A DNA stretch of 64,000 bases from Patescibacteria group bacterium (GCA_035291665.1 DATDRP010000003.1:148549-212548); one strand, 5' to 3'. Counted from the first letter of the stretch, positions 37,706-48,283 are shown. The notes: a model not told the origin generated them from the letters alone. Program-made: numbers and translations.

Positions 37706-38770
37706 ATGAACGACCTACCTCCCCCTCTTTACAGAAACCGTCTGAAGCATTTCCAAAATTTATTAGCCTTGTCAGCTCTAACTCTTATTATCACCGTCTG
37801 GTCAACGGTTTCCTTTCTGGCTTACCAAAACTCTCAACTTGATAAACACCTGAAAACAAACCGGGGTATTCAATTAAGTAATAAGCCACAGATAACTCCA
37901 ACCCCGAACGAAGAACCGCCAGGTTTTGTTGGTTACAACCCTGACGGAAAGAGATTCAGTCTAATATTTCCCGATACTTGCATCACCACAGATAGAGGTC
38001 GGGACGAGGGTCATTTTGATAGATTTCTTGTAACATGTGTAACTGATAACTTTAAAATTACCATTAACCCCCAGGAAGGTGGACGCGGGCTTGGAGATTA
38101 TCAACCAGCAGAAATCAAATCCGGAAAGATCAATGTTGATAATTATATTTGGAAATATAAAATTTGGATTGATCCTGATAAAACGGCTTTTTCTTCATAC
38201 GAACTGACAGATCCAACAACAAAAGATTACTATCTAATCCGTGTCAATTATTACCCATATTCGGAAAAAGCAAAAGCATATTTTGACCAAATCCTCTCCA
38301 CATTCAAATTTCTTGAAAAAGACGTCTCTATCTCACCTGCTCCAACTAAAGCTCTTACAAAAACGCTATCCTATATACTACCGAGTGGTTGGCAAACCAT
38401 AAAGGATAAGGACAATATATTTTCTGTGGGTTATAACCCCGAGAATTATAACCCTATTGCTTACGAATCAAGAATCGATCTATCTTCCAAACAATGCTGT
38501 ACCAGTACCTTTTTACAAGTAAAGCCTTATGACGGAGGTTCCAAACAAAAGTTCATAAGTGAATTTACACAATATTCAAGAACCAACACAACATACGAAA
38601 CTGATTATTCCGTACAAGGTAAGTCTGGTTTGATCATCTATGCAATTGAATACTCCGGTACTTATACTGTAGGAATGGTTGATATAGACGGCAAGAATGC
38701 TCTTTTAATCACCAGTCAAGCCGGACAGGAAACGGTAGAACAAGTACTTCAAACACTTAAATTTGATTGA
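37706..38770 (+). CDS. Membrane-anchored surface protein with two PsbP-like modules
   Basis: N-terminal TM, PTP linkers, modules ending FDQILSTFKF and EQVLQTLKFD. Confidence 0.75.
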   Translation: MNDLPPPLYRNRLKHFQNLLALSALTLIITVWSTVSFLAYQNSQLDKHLKTNRGIQLSNKPQITPTPNEEPPGFVGYNPDGKRFSLIFPDTCITTDRGRDEGHFDRFLVTCVTDNFKITINPQEGGRGLGDYQPAEIKSGKINVDNYIWKYKIWIDPDKTAFSSYELTDPTTKDYYLIRVNYYPYSEKAKAYFDQILSTFKFLEKDVSISPAPTKALTKTLSYILPSGWQTIKDKDNIFSVGYNPENYNPIAYESRIDLSSKQCCTSTFLQVKPYDGGSKQKFISEFTQYSRTNTTYETDYSVQGKSGLIIYAIEYSGTYTVGMVDIDGKNALLITSQAGQETVEQVLQTLKFD

Positions 38771-38849
38771 CCAAATCCTCTCCACTTTTAAGTTTACGGA
38801 GTAAACTTGGCCCCTTAAAGCTTCATGCGACGTGGGGTAAGTTTCTGGA

Positions 38850-39122
38850 TTAGTAAATCTGATTGTGGGTACCGACATCTAAAAACATTACTGTATCTTT
38901 TGAAATATTTTTGTAAATCACCCTTATATCTCCCGTAATAGAAAACGCCCTTAAGTCTGATTTAACACCTATAAGTTTATGGTCTTTAAGTATGGGATTA
39001 TTAACATCTTCAGCAAACAAATACAATCTTTCATCAAATCTCTTAGAAATTTTGGAGTATCGAATAATTCTTTTTCTGTAGTTCTTAAGAAACGTTCGAC
39101 TGTACAGGATCTTTTTTGCCAT
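38850..39122 (-). CDS. RelE/YafQ-family mRNA interferase toxin
   Basis: LKDHKLIG, RAFSITGDIRVIY, DVGTHNQIY. Confidence 0.88.
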   Translation of the reverse strand: MAKKILYSRTFLKNYRKRIIRYSKISKRFDERLYLFAEDVNNPILKDHKLIGVKSDLRAFSITGDIRVIYKNISKDTVMFLDVGTHNQIY

Positions 39123-39396
39123 GCAAATAATCCATTAAATCATCTACATTCCTGGCACGATAAACAACTTCTTTCCCTGATTCAATATCTTTGATCATCT
39201 TATCATAACGTTTAACTGCTTTTGCAGAAAGAACTGTCGGTTCGTTAAAAGTAATATCCACTTTACCCAGTGCTAATTTATTAAGAAATACTCTTACCGT
39301 TTCCTGTAAAGACGAAAAGCCCATATTCTTAGCTGTAACAGTTGCCCGATCTCTAAGACTTTTTCTAATTGGAATTTGTAAAATTGTTGTATCCAT
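39085..39396 (-). CDS. RelB/DinJ-like antitoxin
   Basis: RHH-like N-terminus, overlaps the toxin gene, NVDDLMDYL tail. Confidence 0.75.
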   Translation of the reverse strand: MDTTILQIPIRKSLRDRATVTAKNMGFSSLQETVRVFLNKLALGKVDITFNEPTVLSAKAVKRYDKMIKDIESGKEVVYRARNVDDLMDYLHGKKDPVQSNVS

Positions 39397-39459
39397 ATAC
39401 TATAATTATAATGTTTTAATAATGTATGTCAATCTATAATTTCGTAATATAATTATTTA

Positions 39460-40311
39460 ATGAAAAGCAAACTCCACTCCCTTCAAAATCTTCTTGCTTT
39501 GGGTGCAGCTGCTTTAATAATCACCGTCTGGGCGACTGTCACTTTTTTAAAGTTTCAAAACAATATATTCAATAAATTTACCGAGGGTTCCACAAAAACC
39601 GAATCAAACAATCCTACCGCAACTCCAAATCCGACCCCCAAAAGCGTCACAAGCGACTGGATAACTTATACAAGCAGTAAACTTGGTTATTCGTTTCAAT
39701 ATCCCAAAGATTGGGAACTTTTTACGTTCAATGAAAATGACCCCCAAGTAAAATTCGGTTCTCATTCACTTCATAATTATTCCGGAACCGAAATTAGTAA
39801 GTTTATGGATCACGGAATTACTGATTGGAACAAATTTATGAGAGAAAAAGCAGCCGTAAAAATCGATTTTGCAGTATATTCAGAAAAAGAGGGTCCAAAC
39901 CAGTACCAGAACAAAGAAGAGTTTCTTAAAAACCTTTTACCCGATTCGTCGAAAATAGTTTCCAAATCTGATTTAATTATCGGTAACTTGAAAACTGATC
40001 AATATAAAGCAACCGAAAATCTTGGACCGACCGATGTACCTGAGGCAAATACTTTCATAGCTTACCCTAATGATTTTCAAATAATTTATATCAATCTTAT
40101 GTTTTGGAATACCAAAGATTACGCATCGTTAAAACAATCTCAGGAATGGCAAGAGCTTTCACAAATCCTCTCCACTTTTCGGTTCACGGGTACTGAAGAA
40201 GACAGCGGAAAATTCTGCGGAGGGATTGCTGGACTTGCATGTCCGGAAGGCTATACCTGCATATATGATGGAGACTATCCCGATGCCGGCGGAACTTGTA
40301 GAAAAAATTAG
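39460..40311 (+). CDS. Membrane-anchored surface protein, PsbP-like module plus Cys-rich tail
   Basis: N-terminus paralogous to 37706 (QNLLAL...LIITVW), WITY..YSFQYPKDW, QILSTFRF, CGGIAGLACPEGYTC. Confidence 0.78.
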   Translation: MKSKLHSLQNLLALGAAALIITVWATVTFLKFQNNIFNKFTEGSTKTESNNPTATPNPTPKSVTSDWITYTSSKLGYSFQYPKDWELFTFNENDPQVKFGSHSLHNYSGTEISKFMDHGITDWNKFMREKAAVKIDFAVYSEKEGPNQYQNKEEFLKNLLPDSSKIVSKSDLIIGNLKTDQYKATENLGPTDVPEANTFIAYPNDFQIIYINLMFWNTKDYASLKQSQEWQELSQILSTFRFTGTEEDSGKFCGGIAGLACPEGYTCIYDGDYPDAGGTCRKN

Positions 40312-40327
40312 GGTTGGTTCATGGTGG

Positions 40328-40454
40328 CATCCTCCCCCGAGCCAAGTCAGACTTGGTTATCGAGTTTGACTCGATCTGACTCGGGGGTTTCCTCCAAAGG
40401 AGGATGACATATCAGAATTCAATTCATCCCCGATTAAAACGGGGTTTTCTTGAA
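40328..40454 (+). mobile_element. IS200/IS605-like MITE with nested palindromes
   Basis: CATCCTCCCC...GGGG-TTTCC-AAGGAGGATGACATATCA then CAATTCATCCCC..GGGGTTTTCTTGAA; homologous to 43330-43456. Confidence 0.65.
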
Positions 40455-40475
40455 ATCTGTTATAATATTCTTTTA

Positions 40476-40739
40476 ATGGCAATAGCTCCTCAACCAAACA
40501 ATCCTCCACCGACCACCACATCACCCGTTACTGATCCCACTTACGTTAATCCTGAAGTAGTAAAAAATATTGATGAAAAACCGCTTAATGTCAAACCGAA
40601 TAAAATATTCCTGTTGCTGGTACTAATTATTTTCCTGATCATAGTTATAGCTGCAGCTGCTATTGAACTTCGAAATAAAAAATCCAATCCCATCAATAAA
40701 CAGTCAGGACAGTTATTTATTCCGACAGCGGGTCCTTGA
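40476..40739 (+). CDS. Small single-TM protein
   Basis: ATG shortly after TATAAT; Pro-rich N-terminus and TM helix. Confidence 0.6.
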   Translation: MAIAPQPNNPPPTTTSPVTDPTYVNPEVVKNIDEKPLNVKPNKIFLLLVLIIFLIIVIAAAAIELRNKKSNPINKQSGQLFIPTAGP

Positions 40740-40877
40740 AGGTCTGCGTCCAGACATTGAGCTTCATCCACAAATTTCAAATCTCCAATCTCTTTTTAAA
40801 GTGACCCTATATATATTACTTATATACAATATGTCCTATTTATTAAGACGTGTTCTTGTTGATAGACTTAATATGAA

Positions 40878-43346
40878 GTGGGTTTTTTTAATACCCAAAA
40901 CCAAAATGAGAAGTCGTTAATAAAACAAAAGCAAAATGGTCCAAAACAATTTGGTGGCCTTCTTTTTTTTATCGGTAATCCCTTTTTTAAATTACTTCTA
41001 TTTCTTACGATTTCCGCATTCACAACTTCGCTTCTTATCATAAAATTAATACGGGTACTATTACTGTCCATATATGAAAAATACTTCCGTATTAATGATA
41101 TTTATATAAGACTGACTTTCTCAACCGATATTACCCCGTCCAATCATAAACTTTTACCCAACCGACCAAGTGCTGTTGAGAAGATCCCCGCATCTATCAG
41201 TCAGGAAAAAGTGAAAATAACGAGAGTTCCGATATTGTTTATCACGCTTTTTACCTTAGTAACAGTTCTCATAGTCACCGGTGGTGCTTTCTTCTGGACT
41301 TTCATTCTTGAAGACATCCCCCCGCTCGATAATATTTCAAACTATAGACCGGATGTGTCTGCAAAAATTTATGACAGAAACGGAATTCTCCTTTATAAAA
41401 TCTATAAAGATAAAAACCGGACAATGGTTGATCTTGATGATGTTCCAAAACATGTAATTGATGCCACTCTGGCCATTGAAGATAATGAATTTTATTCACA
41501 CAACGGAATTTCAATAAAAGGAATTTTCAGATCGATTGTAAAAAACTTTAAGGAAAAAAAGTTATACGGCGGCTCAACAATTACCCAGCAACTGGTCAAA
41601 AATATCCTTCTTTCCTCGGAAAAAACGTATATCAGGAAAGTAAAAGAAATGGTCCTCGCAATGGAAGTTGAAAAAAAATTTGATAAGAAAACAATTCTTG
41701 AAATGTATCTTAACGAAGTTTCTTTCGGAGGTACTGTATACGGTATCGAGGAAGCTTCTCAAAATTACTTCGGGAAAAGTGTACAGAACCTGAGTATTTC
41801 CGAAGGGGCGCTTCTGGCCGGAATCCCGAAAAGTCCCTCCACGTATTCACCTTTTATCGGCAGTCCGGAAGTAGCCAAACTAAGGCAGGTTGAGGTACTC
41901 GATTTGATGCTTGCAAACGGGTATATTACCCCTGAGCAGCATATTGAGGCAGTAAATGAAAAGCTTGCCTATGCCGAATATAAAACAGGAATTCTTGCAC
42001 CGCATTTTGTGATGTATGTCAAAAAATACCTCGAGGATAAATACGGTGAGGATGCAGTTGAAAAAGGAGGGCTAAGCATCATCACAACACTTGATTACAA
42101 AATGCAAATTGAGGCAGAAAAGTCAGTTCTCGAAGAGATTGAAAATCTTGGAAAATTCAAAGTTACTAACGGGGCGGCTCTTGTTACCAATCCCACCACA
42201 GGAGAAATCCTGGCAATGGTGGGTTCAAAGAATTATTTCGATATCGAAAATAAAGGAAACGTGAATGCAGTTTTTTCATTGCGGCCGCCGGGTTCAACCA
42301 TAAAAGCCTTAAATTACTCATACGCGTTATCAAACGGTTATATACCCTCAACTGTAATTAACGATTCCCCTATTTCTTTTTCGTCACGCGGCAGTAACCC
42401 GTACACCCCTAAGAATTATGACGGGAAGTTTGTTGGCAACTTAACCGTCAGAAACGCATTTGCACAATCAAGAAATGTGCCTGCAGTTAAAGTTTTAAAT
42501 TCCTACGGAGTACAAAAAATGCATGACTTGGGAATATCAATGGGAATAAAAAGCTGGAACAATTTGACAGATTACGGATTATCTTTGACCCTGGGCGGTG
42601 GAAACGTGACTCTCTATGAATTAGCCCAGGCATATAGCGTTTTTGCAAATTACGGGACACTTATCGATTTTGATCCCATATTATCCGTTAAGGATTATAA
42701 AGGGCACATCCTTCAGGAAAATACCTGCGCCAACCCACCAAGCTACAAATTTGCCAATAAAACCGATTTGGACAATTTTAAATTTATTAATCCGGTACAG
42801 GCAACAGAGTCCGCGATTGCCGAAGCATCGGTCAGCTATCCCGGTTGCCCTATCAAAAAAATCCTCGATCCAAGGGTTGCATTTATTATCACCGATATCC
42901 TCAGGGACAACATCGCAAGAACACCCTCTTTTGGAAGCCGCTCAAAACTCGTAATCAAAGATCACCCAGAGGTTGCTGTCAAGACCGGAACCAGTAACGG
43001 CCCAAGAGATAACCTGACCGTGGGATACACAAAAGACTTTCTTGTTGCTGTATGGGTTGGAAACAATGATAATACCCCAATGTCTGGAATCGCCTCAGGT
43101 GTAACCGGAGCAACCCCGATTTTTAATAACATTATGACCAGGCTTCTTTCTGATAAACCGGTTTATAGTTGGGAAATCCCCCAGGGTCTTAAAAAGATCG
43201 CAACTTGTCATATTCTTAAAAAAACTACGCCTGAAGGATATGAAGAAATAAATATCTTGAGAAATGAGGATTACTACTTTGAAGAAAACTTACCTAAAAA
43301 TGTTTGTACAAATGTAAAAAATGTTATGACATCCTCCCCGCTTTAA
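40878..43346 (+). CDS. Class A penicillin-binding protein (second paralog)
   Basis: EDNEFYSHNG, GGSTITQQ, YLNEV, STIK, SRN, KTGT. Confidence 0.94.
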   Translation: MGFFNTQNQNEKSLIKQKQNGPKQFGGLLFFIGNPFFKLLLFLTISAFTTSLLIIKLIRVLLLSIYEKYFRINDIYIRLTFSTDITPSNHKLLPNRPSAVEKIPASISQEKVKITRVPILFITLFTLVTVLIVTGGAFFWTFILEDIPPLDNISNYRPDVSAKIYDRNGILLYKIYKDKNRTMVDLDDVPKHVIDATLAIEDNEFYSHNGISIKGIFRSIVKNFKEKKLYGGSTITQQLVKNILLSSEKTYIRKVKEMVLAMEVEKKFDKKTILEMYLNEVSFGGTVYGIEEASQNYFGKSVQNLSISEGALLAGIPKSPSTYSPFIGSPEVAKLRQVEVLDLMLANGYITPEQHIEAVNEKLAYAEYKTGILAPHFVMYVKKYLEDKYGEDAVEKGGLSIITTLDYKMQIEAEKSVLEEIENLGKFKVTNGAALVTNPTTGEILAMVGSKNYFDIENKGNVNAVFSLRPPGSTIKALNYSYALSNGYIPSTVINDSPISFSSRGSNPYTPKNYDGKFVGNLTVRNAFAQSRNVPAVKVLNSYGVQKMHDLGISMGIKSWNNLTDYGLSLTLGGGNVTLYELAQAYSVFANYGTLIDFDPILSVKDYKGHILQENTCANPPSYKFANKTDLDNFKFINPVQATESAIAEASVSYPGCPIKKILDPRVAFIITDILRDNIARTPSFGSRSKLVIKDHPEVAVKTGTSNGPRDNLTVGYTKDFLVAVWVGNNDNTPMSGIASGVTGATPIFNNIMTRLLSDKPVYSWEIPQGLKKIATCHILKKTTPEGYEEINILRNEDYYFEENLPKNVCTNVKNVMTSSPL

Positions 43347-43456
43347 AAGGCGGGATTCCCTTAAGGAGGATGACATATCATAGTTCAATTCTCACCGAGT
43401 CAGAAGTTTCTGTGAGCCGGTGACATTCCCAACCTGAAAAGCATGGTTTTCTTTAA
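43330..43456 (+). mobile_element. IS200/IS605-like MITE, second copy
   Basis: CATCCTCCCCGC...GCGGGATTCCC-TAAGGAGGATGACATATCA..TTCAATTC...GGTTTTCTT; overlaps the PBP stop codon. Confidence 0.62.
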
Positions 43457-43490
43457 CGTATGTTATAATCACAGCCAATAATTAGAAATT

Positions 43491-43742
43491 ATGCCTATCG
43501 AAAGAAATACTATAAGGCAGGAAAATTGGGGTGGTAAAAAGCACATTCTGGCCGAGGGTGACGGTAAAATTGATTTCGGAACATTTGTGTATTGTAAACC
43601 GGTGAAAAGAAGTTCCATAACAATACTTAAGGCTTTCAACTCTCGTTCAGTATTCGATGTGATTGTTGATCCGAATACACTCGAAGTAATTGAACCTAAT
43701 GATAAAATTATCGGATATTGGTATAAATCTATTTTTGCTTAA
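43491..43742 (+). CDS. Hypothetical protein
   Basis: 83-aa ORF with upstream TATAAT. Confidence 0.55.
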   Translation: MPIERNTIRQENWGGKKHILAEGDGKIDFGTFVYCKPVKRSSITILKAFNSRSVFDVIVDPNTLEVIEPNDKIIGYWYKSIFA

Positions 43743-43774
43743 GATTTACGGCATCCTCTCCAACCCAAATGGTG

Positions 43775-44872
43775 TCATTTGTTATCATTAAATAACTCAA
43801 AAATATTCCTTGATAGTGCGGGAAAAATTTCATCTGCCTCACGCTCAACCACACCTTCAGATAAAATCACAACCACATACGGATTTTGGTCTTCAGAGGA
43901 GTCAGACCCGAAGGAATCATCATCATAGACAATCCCCGCATCATTCACAACATGCAGCTCCCGTCCATACTTATGCGATATTTTGACGCCATCGGGAATA
44001 CCAGCAGCAAGCCAATTCTCATAAACTGTATCAGTCAGGTATGCGGTCAGCTCTACCGAATTTTCTTTGTTTAATGCTTTTCCCTGATATAAATTTTTAA
44101 AGAAAAATCCAATATCGCGCGGAGTAGTTATGTTAGTTTTAATATCGGTTGAAACCATACCCAGATCACCTGCTATACGGTTAATGTTCTCATCTCCCAA
44201 ATATTTCCGGCAAATATTAAAAGCAGTGTTGTCGGATTGCTGTCCCATCAAACGGATCAGATTACGGTAACTTGTTTCATAGCCGGCTGGTTTTGCATAT
44301 AGACTTCCCGATCCTGCAATTTTATCTTCACTTTTCAAAACATAAGTTTGATCCAAATCCAATTCCCCATTTTCATCCGCAAGATACATCCCCACCATTA
44401 CGGGTAATTTTATCAATGAAGCCGCTTCGAACTCTTCATCCTGATGAACTCCAAATGAGTAATCGTTTTTCAGATCGATAATATACAACCCATACACACC
44501 GGATAAATTAAGGGTGTTACTCTTGAATTCCGATACAATCGTTTCGGCTTTTTTTTGAACATCCGTATCAGCTTCAATTACAACTTCATTATTGAACGGA
44601 TTCAAATTCTCAAGGTCCGGTTTTTCAACACCCGGAAGTTTGAAATCGCGGGATTTTAAAGCCAGATAACCTGACGCGCCGGTAGTTGCCAAAATAATAA
44701 GCATAATGATTGCCCTGTCAATTTTTGACCAGGGACGAACCGGGGGTTTTCTCTTTTTTCTATTCTCGGATTTGAGGTCCTTGATTTTTCTGAATGGTTT
44801 TTTACCTTCATCAAGCTCTATCTTACCCTCGTCCGCATCACCTTCCATTTTCTTCTTCCCAAATAATGCCAT
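43775..44872 (-). CDS. Class A beta-lactamase-like serine hydrolase
   Basis: AASLIK (SxxK), SDN, HKYG, NDAGIV; one TM helix. Confidence 0.88.
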   Translation of the reverse strand: MALFGKKKMEGDADEGKIELDEGKKPFRKIKDLKSENRKKRKPPVRPWSKIDRAIIMLIILATTGASGYLALKSRDFKLPGVEKPDLENLNPFNNEVVIEADTDVQKKAETIVSEFKSNTLNLSGVYGLYIIDLKNDYSFGVHQDEEFEAASLIKLPVMVGMYLADENGELDLDQTYVLKSEDKIAGSGSLYAKPAGYETSYRNLIRLMGQQSDNTAFNICRKYLGDENINRIAGDLGMVSTDIKTNITTPRDIGFFFKNLYQGKALNKENSVELTAYLTDTVYENWLAAGIPDGVKISHKYGRELHVVNDAGIVYDDDSFGSDSSEDQNPYVVVILSEGVVEREADEIFPALSRNIFELFNDNK

Positions 44873-45073
44873 ATCAAGATTTTACTATTAAATTGTTAAA
44901 TTAATAACTACGTGGATGGGTGATTACTATAATCAATCCAAAAAGTCATTAGGGCGTCTTTCTTTGTTTCATTTCTTGGACGAGCAAGAAATGAAAAAGA
45001 TAATCTTGGGTAAAGAAGAAAGTGAAAATCTATTGAAGAAAATCAAATATAAGTAATGAGGGTTTTCAAAAAT

Positions 45074-46060
45074 TCATTGACGCCTTGCTTCCCACACTTC
45101 CGGATTAACGAGGTTTTCCGGTTTTTCACCTTTTAAAGTTTTCAGAATCGCATCGACCGCCAACTGCCCCATTTTCTCCCTTGCTTCCCAGGTAGCGCTT
45201 GCAATATGAGGGGTGAGAACCACATTCTCCATTCCGATAAGTTCGGGGTTAATGTTCGGTTCCGTTTCAAAAACATCCAAACCCGCTCCACCCACTTTTC
45301 CTTCACGGAGTCCATCAGTAAGTGCGTGTTCATCAACGATCGGGCCTCTTGCGGTATTTGCGATAATTACACCCTGTTTCATTTTCGAAAGTGCGTCCCG
45401 CCCGATCATCCCTCTTGTTTCATCGGTTAAGGGAACATGAATGGAAATAAAATCCGACTCTCTATAAAGCTTATCAAGGTCCGCAAACTCGATCCCGAAT
45501 TCCTTTTCCGCTTCGGGGTCAGGAGATCTTTTATTATATAAAACCCTCATCTCAAAGCCTTTAACCTTTTTGGCCACCATCGTTCCGATCCTCCCAAGTC
45601 CTACCACACCCAGTGTTTTTCCTCTTAAAGATCTACCCAAAAATATATTTGGTTCCCACCCGCGGTAACTGCCTCTTTTTGTTGATTCATCCGCCTCAAC
45701 TATTCTCCTCGCTAGCGCAAGCATCAAAGTAACCGCATGCTCAGCAACAGCTTCATTAACTTCATCGCATGGAGTATTTGAAACCAACACCTTCTTTTCA
45801 GTTGTATCAGGAACGTTAATATTATCAAATCCAACCGCATAATTTGAAAAGATTTTTACTTGGGGGCCGATTGCGTCAATTACCTCAGCGTCAATTTTGT
45901 CCGTAAGAAAAGATAAAACTGCATCTACACCTTTGGCTCTTTCCAAAAACTCTTCCGGTTCCAATGGCCGGTCTAGCTCGCAGACATGAACTTCATTGCC
46001 TGAGTTTTGCAGTCTTTCGAGGTGAACTCCGGGGAATTTACGCGAAACAAAAATTTTCAT
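45074..46060 (-). CDS. D-glycerate dehydrogenase/glyoxylate reductase family
   Basis: AVGFDN, GLGRIG, NTARG, GLDVFE, TPHIAS. Confidence 0.92.
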   Translation of the reverse strand: MKIFVSRKFPGVHLERLQNSGNEVHVCELDRPLEPEEFLERAKGVDAVLSFLTDKIDAEVIDAIGPQVKIFSNYAVGFDNINVPDTTEKKVLVSNTPCDEVNEAVAEHAVTLMLALARRIVEADESTKRGSYRGWEPNIFLGRSLRGKTLGVVGLGRIGTMVAKKVKGFEMRVLYNKRSPDPEAEKEFGIEFADLDKLYRESDFISIHVPLTDETRGMIGRDALSKMKQGVIIANTARGPIVDEHALTDGLREGKVGGAGLDVFETEPNINPELIGMENVVLTPHIASATWEAREKMGQLAVDAILKTLKGEKPENLVNPEVWEARRQ

Positions 46061-46075
46061 TTAAAAATAAGTTAC

Positions 46076-47068
46076 TTAAATTTCTTCAACTTTAACATTA
46101 CAACTTTCAGCTCTTTCTAGCCAAGTACCAATTTCGTCTTTTTTCAAAAGACCTTTTTGTGCACCGATATAACCAATAACCGATGCTGAGTTAACAGTAC
46201 CCCAAAGAAGAGCTTCTTCGATTGATTTCCCCTGGATGAGCGCTGATATGCAACCCGATCCGAAAGCATCTCCCGCACCTGTTCGTTCATATGCGTCAAT
46301 AGGCAAAACCCCGGAATGGTAATACTTGCCTTCATAAAAGACATATGACCCCCCGACTCCATCGGTAATAACCGGCACCTTTGGCCCTAATTTTATTAAT
46401 GCGTCCAAAAGGTTTTTTTCCTTATCTTTGGAATCGGAAAAATTCGTTATTATCTCAGCCTCTTTACGGTTCACATAAACCATATACGAAATTCTGAGTA
46501 TGTCCTTCATTTTTTCGTACCCGGCGCGAATTTGTCTGCTTCCGGGATTAAATGCCAGTTTCACACCGCTTTTTCCTTTTATGTGGTCAGCTACTTTGAC
46601 ATAGGCATCCGAAAAGTTATCCCCCATTGAAGTTAAATATATCCATGACGTACTGGGAAACTTTTCCGGGAGAACGTAATCAATTTCATCTTTATATGTG
46701 AATATTGTCCTTTCGCCGGAATAATTTATCGCCAGAGAATAGTTGGAGCGTTTGCCTTTTTGCCTCGAAACATATGTTGTATCAACTCCGTCTTTAGCAA
46801 GCGCTTCAACAATCTGGTTTCCGATTTCGTCCCCACCCAAAGTGAGAACGGCTGCGCTTTTTACTCCCAATCTGCTGGATCCGACAGAATTATTTGCAGC
46901 ATTCCCTCCAACTGAAAATTCCAGATCTTTAACGGGAATTTTGTCGCCGTAAGAAAAACAAATATAACATTCTTTATCGTTAAGTTGGCAAAGAGATTCC
47001 GATTCCGTGGGAAAAATAAAAGCATCCAGTGAGGAATCACCGATAGATAGTAAGTCTAAGTTGTTCAT
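46076..47068 (-). CDS. PfkB family carbohydrate kinase
   Basis: GGNAAN, FNPG, VNRKE, TGAGDAF. Confidence 0.92.
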   Translation of the reverse strand: MNNLDLLSIGDSSLDAFIFPTESESLCQLNDKECYICFSYGDKIPVKDLEFSVGGNAANNSVGSSRLGVKSAAVLTLGGDEIGNQIVEALAKDGVDTTYVSRQKGKRSNYSLAINYSGERTIFTYKDEIDYVLPEKFPSTSWIYLTSMGDNFSDAYVKVADHIKGKSGVKLAFNPGSRQIRAGYEKMKDILRISYMVYVNRKEAEIITNFSDSKDKEKNLLDALIKLGPKVPVITDGVGGSYVFYEGKYYHSGVLPIDAYERTGAGDAFGSGCISALIQGKSIEEALLWGTVNSASVIGYIGAQKGLLKKDEIGTWLERAESCNVKVEEI

Positions 47069-47070
47069 AG

Positions 47071-47168
47071 CTTTCAGACTACAGTCTACTGCTTTTTAAT
47101 TGAATTAATCAATTCATTAATTTTTAAAATCTGAAACTCATGCTGTAGTTTGTAGACTGTAAGCTGTC
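47071..47168. repeat. Inverted heptamer arrays (CTACAGN / NCTGTAG)
   Basis: cagactacagtctactgc ... gctgtagtttgtagactgtaagctg. Confidence 0.6.
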
Positions 47169-47170
47169 GA

Positions 47171-48187
47171 CTAAGTATTCTCCATATCAGGAGAATACTT
47201 TCCCTCCCTTGCTAGTGAATTCATTCTTGCGCGAAATAAAAACGCCTTTTGTGCGGCTTCAATATTTTCATACACCCCTCCCCAATTCTTCAAGACCGGT
47301 TCCTGTAAGGCTCTGCCATAAGAAAAACTTAACTGCCAGGGGGTGTCCTTTTGTTTGTTAATCTCGTTAAGATTTACTGTCGCCTCAATTGGAGATTGAC
47401 CTCCCGATAGAAAAACAACACCGGGCATCTCATCGGGGAGCACCTGTTTTAAAACTTCCAAAGTCGCTTTTGCGACTTCCATTGGGTTTGCTTTCGAGGA
47501 GTTTTCCTTACCGGGTAAAACCATGTTTGGTTTCAGAAGCATTCCTCCGATATCCACTTTTGCCCGGGAGAGCTCAATGAATACTTTTTTCAAAACGTTA
47601 TAGGTAACTTCCCGGCACTTTTTGATAGAGTGGGATCCATCCATTAATACTTCAGGTTCTACAATAGGAACCAAGTTATGATCTTGCGCCATTCTTGCAT
47701 ACCGGGCCAAATCGGAAGCATTCTTTGATATAAGCTCATCCGTCGGAGTGGTATCTGAAATTGAAAAAACAGCCCTCCATTTGGTAAATTGGGCACCCAT
47801 CCCTTTATATTCGTCTAATCTATCATCAAGACCTTCAAAACCGTTTGTTTTTTTCTCAATCGAACCGGGTGTTATTTCCTCAGTACCCATGTCAACTTTA
47901 ATTCCGGGAACAATTCCTTTTTTGTTTAATAAATCCGGAAGTGTTATCCCCTCATCAGATTTCTGTCTCACGGTTTCATCGAATAGAATAACCCCACTTA
48001 TAAATTCTTCAATCCCTTCAGTTTTAAACAACAGCTGCCTATAAATCCTATGGTTTTCTGGACTTGACTCTACCCCAATTGCATCAAAACGTTTTTTGAT
48101 TGTCTGGTCGCTTTCGTCGGCCGCAAGAATTCCTTTCCCGGGGGAAACAAGTTTCATCGCAATTTCTTTTAATATATTTGTATCCAT
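47171..48187 (-). CDS. fba: Fructose-bisphosphate aldolase class I
   Basis: GKGILAADES, GIKVD, FTKWR, VPIVEPE, LLKPNM, FLSGGQ, FSYGRALQ. Confidence 0.96.
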   Translation of the reverse strand: MDTNILKEIAMKLVSPGKGILAADESDQTIKKRFDAIGVESSPENHRIYRQLLFKTEGIEEFISGVILFDETVRQKSDEGITLPDLLNKKGIVPGIKVDMGTEEITPGSIEKKTNGFEGLDDRLDEYKGMGAQFTKWRAVFSISDTTPTDELISKNASDLARYARMAQDHNLVPIVEPEVLMDGSHSIKKCREVTYNVLKKVFIELSRAKVDIGGMLLKPNMVLPGKENSSKANPMEVAKATLEVLKQVLPDEMPGVVFLSGGQSPIEATVNLNEINKQKDTPWQLSFSYGRALQEPVLKNWGGVYENIEAAQKAFLFRARMNSLAREGKYSPDMENT

Positions 48188-48283
48188 TTTTGTCCGTTAA
48201 AATAGCCAACAAATGAAATAACTATCTAATAATCTAGCATTTAATTATTGCATCAACAAGCAAATTCCTTCATACTTGTTTTT

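Noticed and set aside
43775-44872. Antibiotic-resistance beta-lactamase
   Set aside because: Membrane-anchored, KYG instead of KTG and no clear omega-loop Glu; more likely a cell-wall hydrolase.
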